A stretch of DNA of 63,516 nucleotides, counting the filler, from Octopus bimaculoides (taxonomy: Eukaryota), in NCBI RefSeq assembly GCF_001194135.2. It is 6 parts of 6 records of this genome, joined end to end, with 100 filler letters (N's around TTAATTAATTAA, not from the genome) between each part and the next. Parts side by side here need not be neighbours in the genome. Positions count along the whole stretch, not along the records: positions 62,037 to 63,516 come from NW_026353479.1; 5 more parts are not named here. One strand, 5' to 3'. Position 1 is the stretch's first letter. Each line of letters begins with the position of its first letter. Positions 62,248 to 63,516 of this stretch are shown in pieces. The notes under the pieces were generated by a model. The model ran no database searches, was not told the DNA's origin, and saw nothing but the letters and a program-made list of their open reading frames with translations. Both the position numbers and the translations under genes were made by a program.

Positions 62248-62285
62248 TGACGAAGGGTAAATACCCAGAAACTCGGGTCCGTGCG
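62248..62285 (+). ncRNA. 5'-truncated hammerhead remnant at the start of a ~245-bp segment between (TA)n tracts
   Basis: (TA)n-TGACGA-A-GGGTA AA TACCC-A-GAAAC-TCGGGT-C. C3 and the 5' strand of stem I are missing. Confidence 0.55.
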
Positions 62286-62492
62286 TATCACGACCGATCG
62301 ACGATGGGAAGGATGACTTCCCTTTGCAAATACCGACAGGGCACAGAAAGTGTGTCAATAGCCAGCTGGAGGCGTTGTTCTCCTGGGGCTAAAAGCAACA
62401 GTAGCATTCACCCTTAGGGTACAGCCGCATTTAAGTATCAAATATACTTCACGTTGTCGTGTAGTTACTGTTACCTCGTTCAGAGATTTAAC

Positions 62493-62533
<41 letters not shown>

Positions 62534-63077
62534 GCTGTGACTGGTGAAATATCACTATTTCTGTAATGATTTGTACTGGATGAAGGAGCAAATTTGTAAA
62601 GTAAACTGTAATTTTTTTTTATATTTCACCAGCAATTTTCATCCTGTCACATAATTCACTATCTTTGTATTTTCATACCTTTACATATACTTTCTCTGTC
62701 TTTGTAATTATATTTATTTGTATTTTTATTCCATAACGGATTTGATCCTAAAAGTGAATCCAAAACTATTTTAGAACTTGTTATTTCAGTATCTAAAACA
62801 ATGGCACCATTTGCAAATTTATCTTGGTAAATGACTACAGAAATGCTATTTTATATTTATTTTTGATCGATGCCTATGACAAAATGAACTTACCAATATT
62901 TAGATATCTCACTCATTGATCCATCACAATATTTCATTATTCTTTATCTTTATTCAACTTTGGCACAACAGCGCCGAAAAAAACAAGAACCCAAATAGCG
63001 GGACATTTTTGTGCCAACTGGAATTGAATCTGGCTAATTTGGTTTTCATATTCGTCTCCTTCTTTTATGAAAAAAAT

Positions 63078-63516
63078 TTTGAACTAACCAGCTGTAAACA
63101 CAATTTCTTTTCCTTCCTTCCTTCCTTCCTTATTTCTTTCCTTCTTTTTTCCATTGATACTCTTTTCAGATATACAGGAACAGATACACGCGCGCGTGCA
63201 CCCCCCCACAAAACACACCCACTCTCTATCACTGGACAATGAGGGCAACTTCTTGAAAACCCAACATTGCCCCCACTCCCCGCCCGCTTAAATAGCCACC
63301 TGGTTTTGTCAGTTTTAAAGGCCAAGAATCAACTTTCCATCTTCTATTGAAAGAACTGACCAGCTGTAAACAATTTTCTTTCTTCGTTAACTCTTCCTTC
63401 TTTCTTTCCTTCTCTTTCCCATTGACACTCCTTTCAGATACACAGGCACACACATACACAAAAAAAACACACACAAAAACATACACACACTCTCTCTCAC
63501 TTTCTCCCTATTCCTC
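63078..63516 (+). repeat. Imperfect direct repeat, period ~270 bp
   Basis: GAACT.ACCAGCTGTAAAC..TTT...CCATTGA.ACTC.TTTCAGATA.ACAGG at ~63080 and ~63353. Confidence 0.85.

Overview
Eukaryotic, AT-rich, repeat-dominated draft genomic DNA. I infer an octopus genome from the tRNA-derived SINE families, the RTE tails and the dense microsatellites; this is from memory and was not searched. There is no prokaryotic operon, CRISPR array or rRNA. Five artificial 100-bp spacers (44N-TTAATTAATTAA-44N) cut the window into six separately assembled blocks, so order across them is unproven. Almost all ORFs in the supplied track are gap, microsatellite or decayed-transposon artefacts. The best host-gene signal is a pair of paralogous 249-bp phase-1/phase-1 exons on the minus strand (4349-4597 and 2039-2287). 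They encode an unusual immunoglobulin-like domain that appears to lack the canonical B-F disulfide but has a conserved ECDxTC motif. Other highlights: (1) several minimal type-I hammerhead ribozyme motifs in Penelope-like remnants next to (TA)n, one with a complete core at 43785-43885 (-); (2) restriction-like-endonuclease LINE copies that repeatedly sit in (ATAC)n tracts; (3) an RTE LINE with a twin-priming-type 5' inversion; (4) a ~770-bp inverted duplication of genomic DNA; (5) a complete 91-bp Helitron; (6) a divergent pair of tRNA-like Pol III units. All alignments and folds were done by eye, and repeat boundaries are approximate unless a TSD or terminal motif is quoted.
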